64,000 nucleotides of DNA from Perna viridis (taxonomy: Eukaryota), in NCBI GenBank assembly GCA_037379345.1, contig CM074515.1, forward strand, positions 47,745,743 to 47,809,742. The letters are read 5' to 3'. Positions 53,051 through 64,000 of the stretch are shown in pieces. A program made the position numbers and the translations under genes. Under the pieces are notes generated by a model. That model was not told the origin of the DNA, ran no database searches, and saw nothing but the letters and a program-made list of their open reading frames with translations. The number at the start of each line of letters is the position of its first letter. The stretch's first letter is position 1.

Positions 53051-56000
53051 GTGAGTATTACAGTAATGAGTTCATGGTTTACTCAATATTTATGGTTAAT
53101 GAGTACACTCTTAACAATCTAGTACCTTTGCTATTGTTTAAAAGATCCATAATTAACCACCATGTGGCTTTACTCACTTTTGTAGTTCTAGGTGAGTGCC
53201 ACACTGAGGTTTACTCACTGGTTTACTCGCTGTTTATGGTTGATGAGTACACATATTTAATATAGTATCTTGGGATGTTATGAAAGGAAGGCTCTATGTT
53301 GAAAAAACTGTGCAGCCTGTATTATGAAAATTGTGAGACCTACCATAGACTAAAGGTCTAAGTGACCTGGTGTAAAATATTCTGTGATTGATTGATTAAT
53401 CTTAGACCACCAACAAAACTTGACATGGACTGGATGTACAGTTAATAGTTGGCATATTGGATTGAAACTTAAAACATGACATAAACGACTGTTGAAGTGT
53501 TGCAGATAGTCCAGTGTGACTGTGTTGCTGTATATATATTTAAGTCCCCATAGTTCCTTTAAAGTCAGATGATTTCAGATTTGTCATAAGTTTATGAGGG
53601 TAACACTACTAACAGTATACATTTGTTAATTCAACCAGGCCCTCTGATCACAAAAAAAAAGAATTATTTGTAAAAAAAAAATTATTATGTACAAAATGTA
53701 CATGCAAATGGACAAGAGAAAATCATACATACAACAACTATTTGGAGTATAGTACAGGATTTGAGTTTATCTTAGTCCCTTTGACTTTAGGATATTTTAT
53801 ATTTCTACAATTTCATACATGAACACCTTTTTGCACCATATGACTTGTTTTGTGATTTGATATGTAATAGCTTAGAATAGAATGTAAATGAAATAGTTTA
53901 AATTAAGCAGTTCTTATTCAAAAATAGACTGAAATATGTAACTCAATAATCTTGTCTACGATAACACAATAGCACTGGTATTTGTGATGAAATAATTTGA
54001 CTCTAAATTGTAAAAATATGTGGAAACTTCTATCCACGGTGGGGAGAAAGCATGGAACGAGTGTTTTAATAGGATTAAAATTATGTAATGAAGAAAACTC
54101 TTTAAATGATTTTTATTTCGTAACTAAATCAATATTCTTAAAAGCTTCCATTACGTTATGAAAAGCTTCTGTAAGAAAATAAAAAGTGGAATAACCAAAT
54201 CGTTCACCTTAAAGATTGTTTTTTAACAAAGCTTTAATATTTACAAGACTTCCATAATAGTTAATTGACATGTACTGTATTAACAAAATCAAGAGGGCCC
54301 TATTCATAATGTACTCTTTAATAGAGGATAGTGCTTTTAGTGCACCTAAAATTTCATTCTGTTTACAATAAAAAAAAAATTGTAGGTGTGACTTAGAACA
54401 GTCGATGCTTGGGGGGATTAAGAAAGAATGTAAATATGTTTTGGTGACATGTTATCCTAATTGATATTACATCCTAATCCCCACGGTTAACAGGCACAGG
54501 TATTTGTGACACAACATTGAGCGTAAATAGGCTTGCCAAGTCAGAAAATTGACGACAGTTTGATAGTCAACAAACTTCAAAACAGGATTATTAGAATGAA
54601 AGTTCAGCAATTTGAAATTAGAAATTTATTTTCAAAAATAAATTGATTTTAACAATGATGATATTGGGTGAGGTCATAAGCCTGATATAAGTACTACACT
54701 TCGTGTTATGGTTGTAAGTTTTATTAAATTTAAAATTTAAATTTAAAATCCAGACCCTTGACTTATGTTATAAGATATTTGCGTAATGTCATGAATTAAT
54801 TGTTCAGAAGTGTGTAATCATATTTATTAATAGTTATCATTACGTAGAGTAAAAGAATTTGGATACTCCCAACAACATGGGTCATAAATATAATATTCAT
54901 GATTTACAATATTTTAATAGCTCATAAAAGACCAAAGCTTTGTTTTTAAACAATAAGTAGCAAAAAAGTTTTAGAATTGTTAAGAAAACCACAGCTTTTT
55001 AGTATCAAAATGGTGTGGTGTGTATCTATTTGAATAGAATTTAATTTGATATTCTTTTCATTTTTCCAAAAAGTCTTGTTCATTTTAATATTATATAGAA
55101 TGACTAAAGACATTTTTATTTGTGAGTTGGTATTCTGTCTTAGGGGTCAAACTAGAATATCTATTATAGATCAATTCACTGTGGTTTGAATGTTTTCAAA
55201 TAAAATCATAAGTTTGATTAAAAAATAAAATAAATTTGAAATAAATTTACATTTAATCCTTTTGGTTTGAAAGATTTATTACATGAAGACTAGGACCTTG
55301 TTATAGCAGTGGTAAGAAGCTTAACAATGTTAACAACCCCATTACATGTGTTTGGTGACAAATTGGTATGGTTTCATTTCTATTTTATATGATGTCTGAC
55401 AACTTGTATAACATTTGGATCATAAACAAAATAATTCTCCTTAGTCAAGGACTTCCCTAAATCTTCCTTGAAGAAAATGACAGATTTTAAGTAGTAGACC
55501 TAGGGTAAGGGACACAACTCTTACAAATCATTGACATGGACGATTAAGTTTAATATTTATATAACTAATATCAATACAGTGCCTTCTTCCAGATTTCCAT
55601 TGAGAAAGTATGTACTAATGTAACTACCCCCAAAATGCTTTGCAAGTCTGTCCTGGACAGCTTTTATCACTATGCTGTTAACCTCCACTTTTGTTACATG
55701 TCTATATTAATGTGCAGTACAATCATTAGAGCACTTTCCTTATTGATACATTAAGAGACAGGATTTCATACCATACTTTCTAGTTAAAAAAGATCATGTA
55801 CTCTCATTAAGAGTCTCTTCTGTAATCCAGTGAAAATAAGGGCATTGGTGATTTTAGATTTTGGAAAATAATATCGTATTTTATTGTTAGTATGCCGAAG
55901 GTGTAAATCTCTAGGAAGTATTATCTTTACAAAAGTAATTGATTCTAATGCAGTTGCTTCATTTAGAAACAATATGTATCAACCGTAAATGTCACTATGG

Positions 56001-56250
56001 AGCGTAAGATAAAAAGTTCAGGAGATGGCATAATTAATTTGGCAATGCTTTACTCCATTTCCTAACCTATATGATGGATAAAGATAAAACAATGACGCAC
56101 ATCTGATTATCACTGACTACAATGCTTTATTTCCTGGCACTAGATTCAAAAGAACTCTCATCAAAATGCATATTTGTTATGTGTCAAAAGATTTCATATG
56201 TTGTAGAGTTCAAAATGAAGTCCCAGTTAATATCTGTATTATAATTTATT

Positions 56251-56392
56251 TCCTTCAGTATTGTAACTTTTTGACTTTCAGCTTCATGACATTTCTACTT
56301 TCAGCATCATAACATTATTACTTTCAGTTTCATAACATTTACTTTCAGTTTCATACTATTTACTGTTAGTTTCATAATGTTTCTTCTTTCAG
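56251..56392 (+). repeat. ~20-23-bp tandem repeat (actttcagtttcataacatt-like), ~7 units, forming the 3' splice-site region
   Basis: Successive ttccttcag, gactttcag, tactttcag (x3), tactgttag and ttctttcag units. Confidence 0.85.
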
Positions 56393-56504
56393 TTTCGTTT
56401 GGTGGTGAAGACCTCACTCAAGTTGTTACTGGTATTTGTAGAGTATACTGAGACCAACACAATGCTACTGTTAAGTGCCATAAACTCTGTAGACAAACGT
56501 AGAG
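56393..56504 (+). CDS. FHOD3: FHOD exon ([37 protein letters not shown])
   Basis: Matches FHOD3 [18 protein letters not shown]; phase 0/1; not in the ORF track. Confidence 0.95.
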
Positions 56505-57487
56505 GTAATCTTGTCAAAAATACAGAAAAATTGATTTACTGTAAATGATAATTCATTTATAGTACATGTAACGGAAAACAACAGGCTTATTCAGATCACG
56601 TAAATGTACATGTGGTCATCAGCAAGGATGTGAAATGAATATTAAAGTCATTTGAACAATTATATACATTTAGAATTATATTAATTAGGACATAGTAGTA
56701 TTTATTTAAGTAAACTTTTTAGTAGGCTTGGTGGATATTATAGATTTAGTTCTAGCAGTTGGAACCGGCCCCCCCCCTCTTTTTTTGTTTTGTTTGAAAT
56801 ACTTTGATTGAAGCATTACCATGGAAATTAAGAATATTTATGTACTGTATATGTGTTGTATTTAGTAGGTTTAGTGGCACTGTTCCTTGATTAAAGTTTT
56901 ATTTGTGATATATCAAATGATCCTTAGTTCTCTGTAATTATTTTCTTATTATCTTTCAATTAAGATTCTGTTCACATCAACTTCTTTACTCCAGAAAGGT
57001 ATGTAGGGTTGATCTTTATCTAATGGTAGTCATCCATTTACGTGTCTGGGATTTTTATCTAAGTTGTTCTGGATGTTACAAACATCTTCTTGTAAAAATA
57101 TCTTGATAGATGGTGTGAGCATAGAATTTGAACAGTTACATGATAATTTCATTTTTGATTGAATTGGGAAAATGTACGCAAACCCCCAAGTTCATTGCCC
57201 TCTTAAGTTTTAGGGTTTTATTACATAACATATGTTTTTATGGTCATAATTTTGTCATTAAATAACATGACTTGTAGGTTTGAATTGGTACTTCTGAGGT
57301 CTATTTTAAGATGTGGTTGTTGTACACTGGGGAAAAAAACCTTATTGCAAATTTCCCTCTTTGGCTAAAAATAATGTTTTAATGATAGAATAATCTTGTT
57401 TTCTATAATTCAGAGCAATAAATCTCTTAGGAAGGGATTTTTGTGAAAAAATTAAGAATACTCCTTAGATTAAAACTTTGATGTTAA

Positions 57488-57606
57488 CTGTAGGGTAGTC
57501 AATGAGCATCCATGACTTATACAGCTATGATTTAGGGCTTTGGGTAGAACAAAAACATTTTCTTTGCAGAAATGTGTATTGAGCATGCTCATTGACTACC
57601 CCACAC
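57488..57606. mobile_element. Small MITE with ~22-bp TIR flanked by TTAA
   Basis: ttaa-ctgtagggtagtcaatgagcat … atgctcattgactaccccacac-ttaa. Confidence 0.75.
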
Positions 57607-59080
57607 TTAACAGGAAGTGTCTGTTTTCTCTAGTGGTAGTTACACTTGGTTTGATTCTTATTTATTTAGCATTAAACCATTATAAACTTAATCCAGGAAA
57701 ATCAACCAAGTAGAAGTGTAAGACTTAATTTTCTTAAGAAGTGGTCACTTCAAATGGTGAAGAGACAATAAGTTTATATTGTCAAACTATATTTATACAT
57801 GTATGGTGGAAACTGTATAGGTCTGATTCATGGTTTTGTTCCTCATTTAGACACCTCTTTAATATACATGTACTTGATAAGAAAAGACCTTTCTGAATTC
57901 ATTTCATTTCATTTTATCAGGGTGGGCGCTTCTTTGAAATAGCCAAAAAAAACATGTCTGAAATAATTGCATTTCACTGTGACTTCACAAAGATGACAAA
58001 ATGCCAGACTTAAAGTTATAGTAGTCAAAATTGTTTCAGTAAACTATCCTTGTTGACAGGTTAATTCTGTATTTTACTTGTTCACGTATTATTACTTTGT
58101 TCTGCAAGCCTCCTTTGTGTTGCGAGGGTTTAAACGAGAGGATAATTATGGGTTTTAAGTGTCACGGAAAATATTCACAATTTGTGAAACTAATTTCATT
58201 ATTGTCATCATGTGTTGTGTTATGAATAATAGTTTGGTAGCCTCACAGTGTGAATGCTTGAAGGGGAAAAATCTTATGAGAAAGTCAGCAAGTGGCAAAA
58301 GTTTCTTTTTAAAACTTCTGTGAAAACAGTCATCAAAATACAGGTGTTAATTTTAAGGGAACTTTTATTTACAATATAAAGTGGTCAATAAAAAATGTAG
58401 ATGAAAGTAACGTCCCCTGGCATGTCATGCTTGAATGACGTCAGGATATTTTCTCATACTTAGCTTTTTACACAAGGCTGTAAAATTGTATTATTGACTT
58501 CTAATTCAATGAATTAGTTCTTTTATGAGAAAAATTATGTGTAAATTGTATTTGTTTGACCTACTTGCATTGTCATTGTTTTCTGACTTAAAAATTTTAT
58601 ACTGTAGTTTGGTGTGTATAGTGCACAGTTATGTATTGTGCACAGTGCAATTCTGAAGATCTAAACCTGTGAAAAAAAGTTTTTTAGACTTAGGTTGCAG
58701 TAAAATTTTGTAAGACACAAAAATGGATATTTTGCACTTGATTGGTCAATTTATTTACCTTGATGCAGTATTTCCTATGAACATGTGAAGGAAAGAAACT
58801 TCTATGCATACTAAAACATCATGTAAACATCAGTAGCTACATAAATTGGAATACTTTAATTTCAAAACATAATAAAAGTGACACAGAATGTATGAAATGG
58901 CTCATGAAACGAAATCGAAAGTCGGGAAAGTCAGACATTTCCGGTTTTGGTTGTAACTCAAATTTCAAAATTTTTCATTTAAAAATATACTTTTAAGAAA
59001 GAAAATTGTAAGAAATAATCAAAACAAGTATCAGAATAATCATTTTCAGCTGTAAAAGCATTTGATAAGGAGGGTTTAAC

Positions 59081-59267
59081 AAGAGTAATCGAGGAAACCA
59101 AGGTTATAGTAGTAATCAAAAGAATGCAATCCAGGGACAAAGACCAGACATTGAAAACAGACATACACAACAAAGAACATAAAGTAACTAAAATCATACA
59201 TACAAAGTAACAAAAGCAAATGAGCAACTTGGACTCCACTAAAAACTGGGAGCTTGGACCAGGTGCA
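59081..59267 (-). mobile_element. Interspersed repeat family A, copy 4 (inverted)
   Basis: Reverse complement matches copies 1-3; explains why ORFs 58979 and 59076 resemble ORFs 23653 and 23735. Confidence 0.85.
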
Positions 59268-60619
59268 CAAAAAAGGAATCGGTTACTTTTTGGTTTTTAG
59301 TTGTTTTATATTAATTCCTAACCATGCTATATTGTACAACCTTATTCTTAAGTCATTTGAACATGATTGGAAGAAAATATCACAAAAAATTTAATACTTA
59401 AAGATGTATTTGATGATTGGATAAAATTTCTGTCAGTAACATTTCACTTCCGGTTTGTTTGTTCACACTACGCAATGTCTTTTCATGTACCGAAATCTTT
59501 AATTTCATGGCCAATTCTTATGTATTGATGTATAATCTGCGCTTCCATGTTCTGGAAATGATATCTATGTTAAAATGTGTGCATAATTCACACCAAAATA
59601 TGGTACCAATCATATTAGGGAAAATGCTCATACGACAAGGACTTCAGTAATTAGTTTTAAAAAGCAATGAGATGGCTCAATAAAGCCTTTTAGACAACAG
59701 ATGGACAGACACACTCAGTTGCAAGCTCATATTACCCCAAATTGAAAGTTGTATCAAATTCCTACTCTTGATACAATAACCTCAGTTTATTTTTATAATG
59801 AATTAATGCACAATTGATTGAAAATTAAAATAACTACAATGCGTATGGGTGTATTTAATGTTACCTGAAGTAGCAACACATTACAATCTTGTGTTTCTGG
59901 ATATCAGGAAAAAAATCTGACCAGCTAAAATCACCTATTGTAATCCATATGGTTTTATCAAATTTCAAGATCATTGCGATTTGGATGTTGTCACGAATGA
60001 TCTGTGTCTGTGTGTATTGGCTTAAGTAGATTTAATTTCTGTGAATGGTTTAGGAGTACATTCAATCTTGTGCCAAAATCTGTAGTCAAATGTGCCAATC
60101 TTTAACTCTAAATATGAATACTTTATAAATATGAGTTGTTTGTTTATTTACTCTTTCCTTGTAATTTAAGCAAATTTTGCAGTAGTAATTTTGATTGTAA
60201 TATTTAATAATTGGATGTTTTGTGTAAGTAACTGGTTTACTTAGTATTTGTTGACAGCCCTATGTTTAAATCTCTAATTAACATTGAATTTGTCTTAACC
60301 ATTAATGTTCAGCAATTTGGTATTAGCATATGTAAAAATTTAATTCCTTCAATTTTTTATGCTTTACCCTGTGAATGGGGTGATGGAGATTATAAAATTT
60401 TTTAGGCTTGTCTTTTTGCTTGTCATTCTTTAAGTTAATAGTTGTTTTTATAAAAAAAATTCTAAAAATTAGGTCAAATCAGCATGAAACTAGATATATA
60501 AGTGTGTATGTGTGTGTGATCTATTAGGATGACAATTTTCATAATGGGGATGACCAGAAATTACAGCATGGAACAACACATTTCACATTTTTTCTTAAAA
60601 TTCTTATTCTATTATACAG

Positions 60620-60714
60620 GGTTAAGTCCTTGGACAAACATTATGAGTATTTTAGATGAGAAAGATGGAGGTGACACAGAACTCCTGATATATGCCATGA
60701 CACTGGTCAACAAA
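60620..60714 (+). CDS. FHOD3: FHOD exon ([32 protein letters not shown])
   Basis: Matches FHOD3 [29 protein letters not shown]; phase 1/0. Confidence 0.96.
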
Positions 60715-61107
60715 GTAAGAAAATATCTACATTTTTCTAGAACTTGTGTTTGTGTCAACATTGCCAATTCAGATGCTATTGTGTTCTCTGTATTTTTACA
60801 TGCATTAATGAATAAAAAAAATTATGCACACACTGTTGACATTCAAAGCAATGCATAAGATATTGTTTTGTAATTTACACATAGTACTGGGTAGTAATCT
60901 CCCCATTCTTTATAATGTAGGAATATACAAAGAATATTGATATTAGTCAACATGACAGATTATAGAGGAATGGACAACAATAGTCTTGCATTTAAAATCT
61001 TATGAAAAGAACCCTTCACCAGTATCTGAAATTAAGATTATATTATTCTAATTGGTCCTGTTAGAACTTTGATAAAGATAATAAATGAATTGATGAATTA
61101 ATTTCAG

Positions 61108-61313
61108 GTACTAAATGCCATCCCAGACCAAGATACATTTTATGATGTGACAGATGCTCTTGAAGAGCTAGAAATGGAGCGTGTTACACAACGCCACATC
61201 CACAGAAATGGAGCAGATTTAGATCTTATTGCTCAGTTCCAGCAGTATGAATCTGCATTGAAGCATGAAGATCAAGTTGAAGATGATGAAGAAATCCAAA
61301 CAGAAAATCTCAG
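61108..61313 (+). CDS. FHOD3: FHOD exon (VLNAIPDQDTFYDVTDALEELEMERVTQRH…ESALKHEDQVEDDEEIQTENL)
   Basis: PDQDTFYDV motif and end of FH3; atttcag| and |gtgtga; phase 0/2. Confidence 0.93.
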
Positions 61314-61879
61314 GTGTGAATCTCTTTATATCAACAAAAATTATTGTTCCTTATTCTAGGGTTACCTCCCTTGTCAGTAAAGTAACTTTAAAGTAAAAGC
61401 ATAGAATTAAAGACAATCAATCATGATAATAATGAACATATTGGGTCAAGAATATTGCAATACAATACATTCAACAATATGAGTAAATGTAACAAAACAA
61501 AAAGAAATCAATTCAAACTAGTATTGTTTTAGAAACACAGATGTTACCCAAATGTTCCCAGGAGCTCCCAAAATCAGTTTTTATGGCTCTCTTTTTTTTC
61601 AGATTTTTTTTTTTTTTTTACTTTCGTTTTTCAATGTGAGGCCATTTTTTAATTTCAATATTGCTGACCATAAGCACTTGTAGTGACCTATTTTTAAACC
61701 AAATGTCAAGTCTATTAGATTTTTTTCCCTATTTTTGATGAATGAAGAATTGTAATTGTCAAAACAAAAACAATATGTTCCCCCTTACACTTGGAGAACA
61801 TAACCAGCATATTATACATGTTGTAGATGTGCAATTTGGACTCCATCTGACACAACCATACAATGTCAATACTAAGTTG

Positions 61880-61961
61880 AACACATGCATAGAAGTTATT
61901 TGATAATTCATTTGTGACGATAAACACATGCATAGAAGTTATTTGATAATTTATTTATGAC
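61880..61961. repeat. Tandem duplication, period 43 bp, 2 copies
   Basis: aacacatgcatagaagttatttgataatt.attt.tgac twice. Confidence 0.9.
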
Positions 61962-62140
61962 CTACTTGATGAGCACACAGAGATTATATAAATGCATTAT
62001 TCATGTACATTTGTACATTTTTTTACAAGTTTCACTTTATAGAATAGTATAGTGTTTCTGGTGTCTTTATGATAATATATAGTTTTCCTTTTGATACAAT
62101 GCTTGGGCTGGATTTAATGTATCCAATTGTGTAATTTTAG

Positions 62141-62314
62141 ACGTACTCCAAGGACAAAGAGTGATGCAGATGGTGTTAGGAAGAGTAGACGATATTCTAC
62201 AGGTCAGATGGGCAGAAAAATGCCCAAACAAAAAAGTATGCCATTACTTGCCCTGGCAGAGGAGCAAAAACCAGGAGCAGAGAGATATGCAGAACTCAGG
62301 AATCAATCTATGCA
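62141..62314 (+). CDS. FHOD3: FHOD linker exon (RTPRTKSDADGVRKSRRYS…RNQSM)
   Basis: ttttag| acceptor; phase 2/2 continuity; basic RKSRRxS segment as seen after FH3 in FHOD proteins. Confidence 0.85.
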
Positions 62315-62758
62315 GTAAATTAACATTCTTACCTCATTGTTATACCATGTAGAAAAGCATAGTCCTTTTATATTTAGAAGGTCTAAACTGCAGATAGATT
62401 GGTGGTGTAGTGAAATCATGAAAATAAAAGAAATTTTCCTATAAAACTTAATAAACCAATACAATTTATCCAAATCATGAAATTTAATATATATATAATA
62501 ATTTAGAGTCATGCAAAACTTTGTGAAATTGATAAATGCAGCATATTGACTTAACATGAGTAAATTAAGTTGGCTCATGAGGAATGTATTTCTTTGGCTA
62601 TTGCTTTTAGTGAACAAGCATATAAAACATCTAATAAGAGTGTCTGTCTCTGTATGCTTGCTTAGTAAAACAAATCCAGAAAAACATGAAATACCTGCAC
62701 ACTAATGAATAACTATATGCAAATGATCAGATATTCAGTCTTTTTCATGTACTTTAAG

Positions 62759-62925
62759 GAATAACATGTTGCCACCAGAGGTGATAGAAGATCAAATGCC
62801 AGATCCAACCAGGAAGCGATATGCCAGACAAGACGATGATGATGAGCCACCAGACAAACCACTAGAAATGCCTAAAAACATACAAGTTAATGGTACAGCC
62901 CAAATAAGTCCTAGAACACAGACAA
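62759..62925 (+). CDS. FHOD3: FHOD linker exon (NNMLPPEVIEDQ…SPRTQT)
   Basis: Phase-2 AAG acceptor puts it in frame with ORF 62766; |gtaagt donor, phase 1. Confidence 0.75.
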
Positions 62926-63878
62926 GTAAGTTTCTGTCTTGGAAAAACTCTTAATTGTGAATCACAGGATACGAATTTATCAAATTTGTTACTTTATAAG
63001 AGAACCCTTGATATAAACATGGTCTTTGAGACTGCTGTTATGAATCTGTGTTTGACTGTTTTTGCATTGAACATATAAATTATATATACATTTGTATTTA
63101 CAGATCAAGTACAGTACTGAAAGTTGAGAAAAAGAAATCATTTTACCATTTTCCAAAACCTAAAATGGAATTAGTTTCTTTGTCCTTTTAGACCAACCAA
63201 ACTAAAATGGCGTTTCCCTAAATGGTTCTTAAGTACATTTAATTATTTTATTAAGCAAACTAAGAAGAATTCAGGTTAAAAGGTTTTATCAGTCAGCAAT
63301 GATGGACAAACAAAACATTTTTATGCTTGGCCTTTGTATTGTACTTGTTCTGTCACTAGTTTTGCAAACTTAAGGCAAAAGCTGCTGTTCCTCATGTGAC
63401 ATGGTGTTACGCTTTCATTTGGTCAATGTTCTGCTGTAACTCTAATGCTTATTTTATAATGCTTCAAAGCATGGCATTACAAAAAGAAATAAAGACGCCC
63501 TTTCATATTTTGAGTTTGCAAAACTTATTCCTGGTTATGTTTTTTCATGTATGAAATAATATTTTGCATTGTTTTGAATTGGTCAGTTGAAGTGAATAAT
63601 TGAGCAGATAACATTTGACATCAGCTGAACAATGTCTTTCGCATGTTTATTATTTTCTGGTGCTAAGATACTTCTTTATTACTAAATAGAGTTCTTCAGA
63701 AAAAGTACTCTCTCTCTCTATAAGAGAAAAATCTGGTTTCATTAGGTACATTTTTCAACTATTCTTTTAAAGATATAAAATGTGTGAAGGTAAAGAGAAA
63801 ATGCTGAATTCTAAAATCTTTTGACTTAGATGAGATTTTCACCCCTCAAATACATTTCATGCCTTGTGATGTCTTCAG

Positions 63879-64000
63879 GTAAAAATGCAGAATTATATGA
63901 AATAAGTTCAGTCAGTGATACAAGTAGACAGGATGACATTTCAGTCACTGATAGTGATATCAATAGAGGACAAGATGACCTAGTTTCAGTGACTAGTGAC
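63879..64000 (+). CDS. FHOD3: Probable next FHOD exon, truncated by window end (KNAELYEISSVSDTSRQDDISVTDSD…)
   Basis: gtcttcag| acceptor; phase 1 matches the previous donor; frame open to the window end. Confidence 0.65.

Noticed and set aside
58880-59745. Possible Helitron/Helentron-type element (ttccggtt motifs, gacagatggacagac microsatellite-like end)
   Set aside because: Suggestive motifs only; the boundaries and a second full copy could not be established from this window
63104-63120. Exon after the acceptor tttacag at 63103
   Set aside because: In the required phase 1 it reads NQVQY-stop; the acceptor at 63878 gives an open in-phase continuation. It could be a truncating terminal exon, but nothing supports that

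Overview
AT-rich, intron-rich animal genomic DNA. It is most likely a bivalve mollusc, inferred from the repeat families, the abundant TACATGTA motif and gene-body CpG depletion. It is not prokaryotic, so most short ORFs in the track are noise. The window holds the 5' part of a FHOD1/FHOD3 (Fhos)-type formin gene on the + strand. A canonical short isoform starts at 35851 and has 12 phase-consistent exons (about 498 aa, GBD/FH3 plus linker) running off the window end; FH1/FH2 are not in the window. A much longer upstream isoform can be built from exons 11337-11363, 21358-21411, 29008-31822 and 33968-34323. It gives a ~1,084-aa, mostly disordered Arg/Ser/Asp-rich N-terminus that splices in frame into exon 37504 and replaces the first 55 aa of the GBD. 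The first ~7 kb probably holds the last coding exon and 3' UTR of an unidentified upstream gene. The long-isoform introns contain a heavily decayed antisense USP-like pseudogene, MITEs, an inverted tRNA-SINE pair and several dispersed repeats. CpG content appears by eye to step down at the short-isoform promoter. All splice assignments are read from GT/AG context, phase continuity and remembered FHOD3 homology; none has transcript support.
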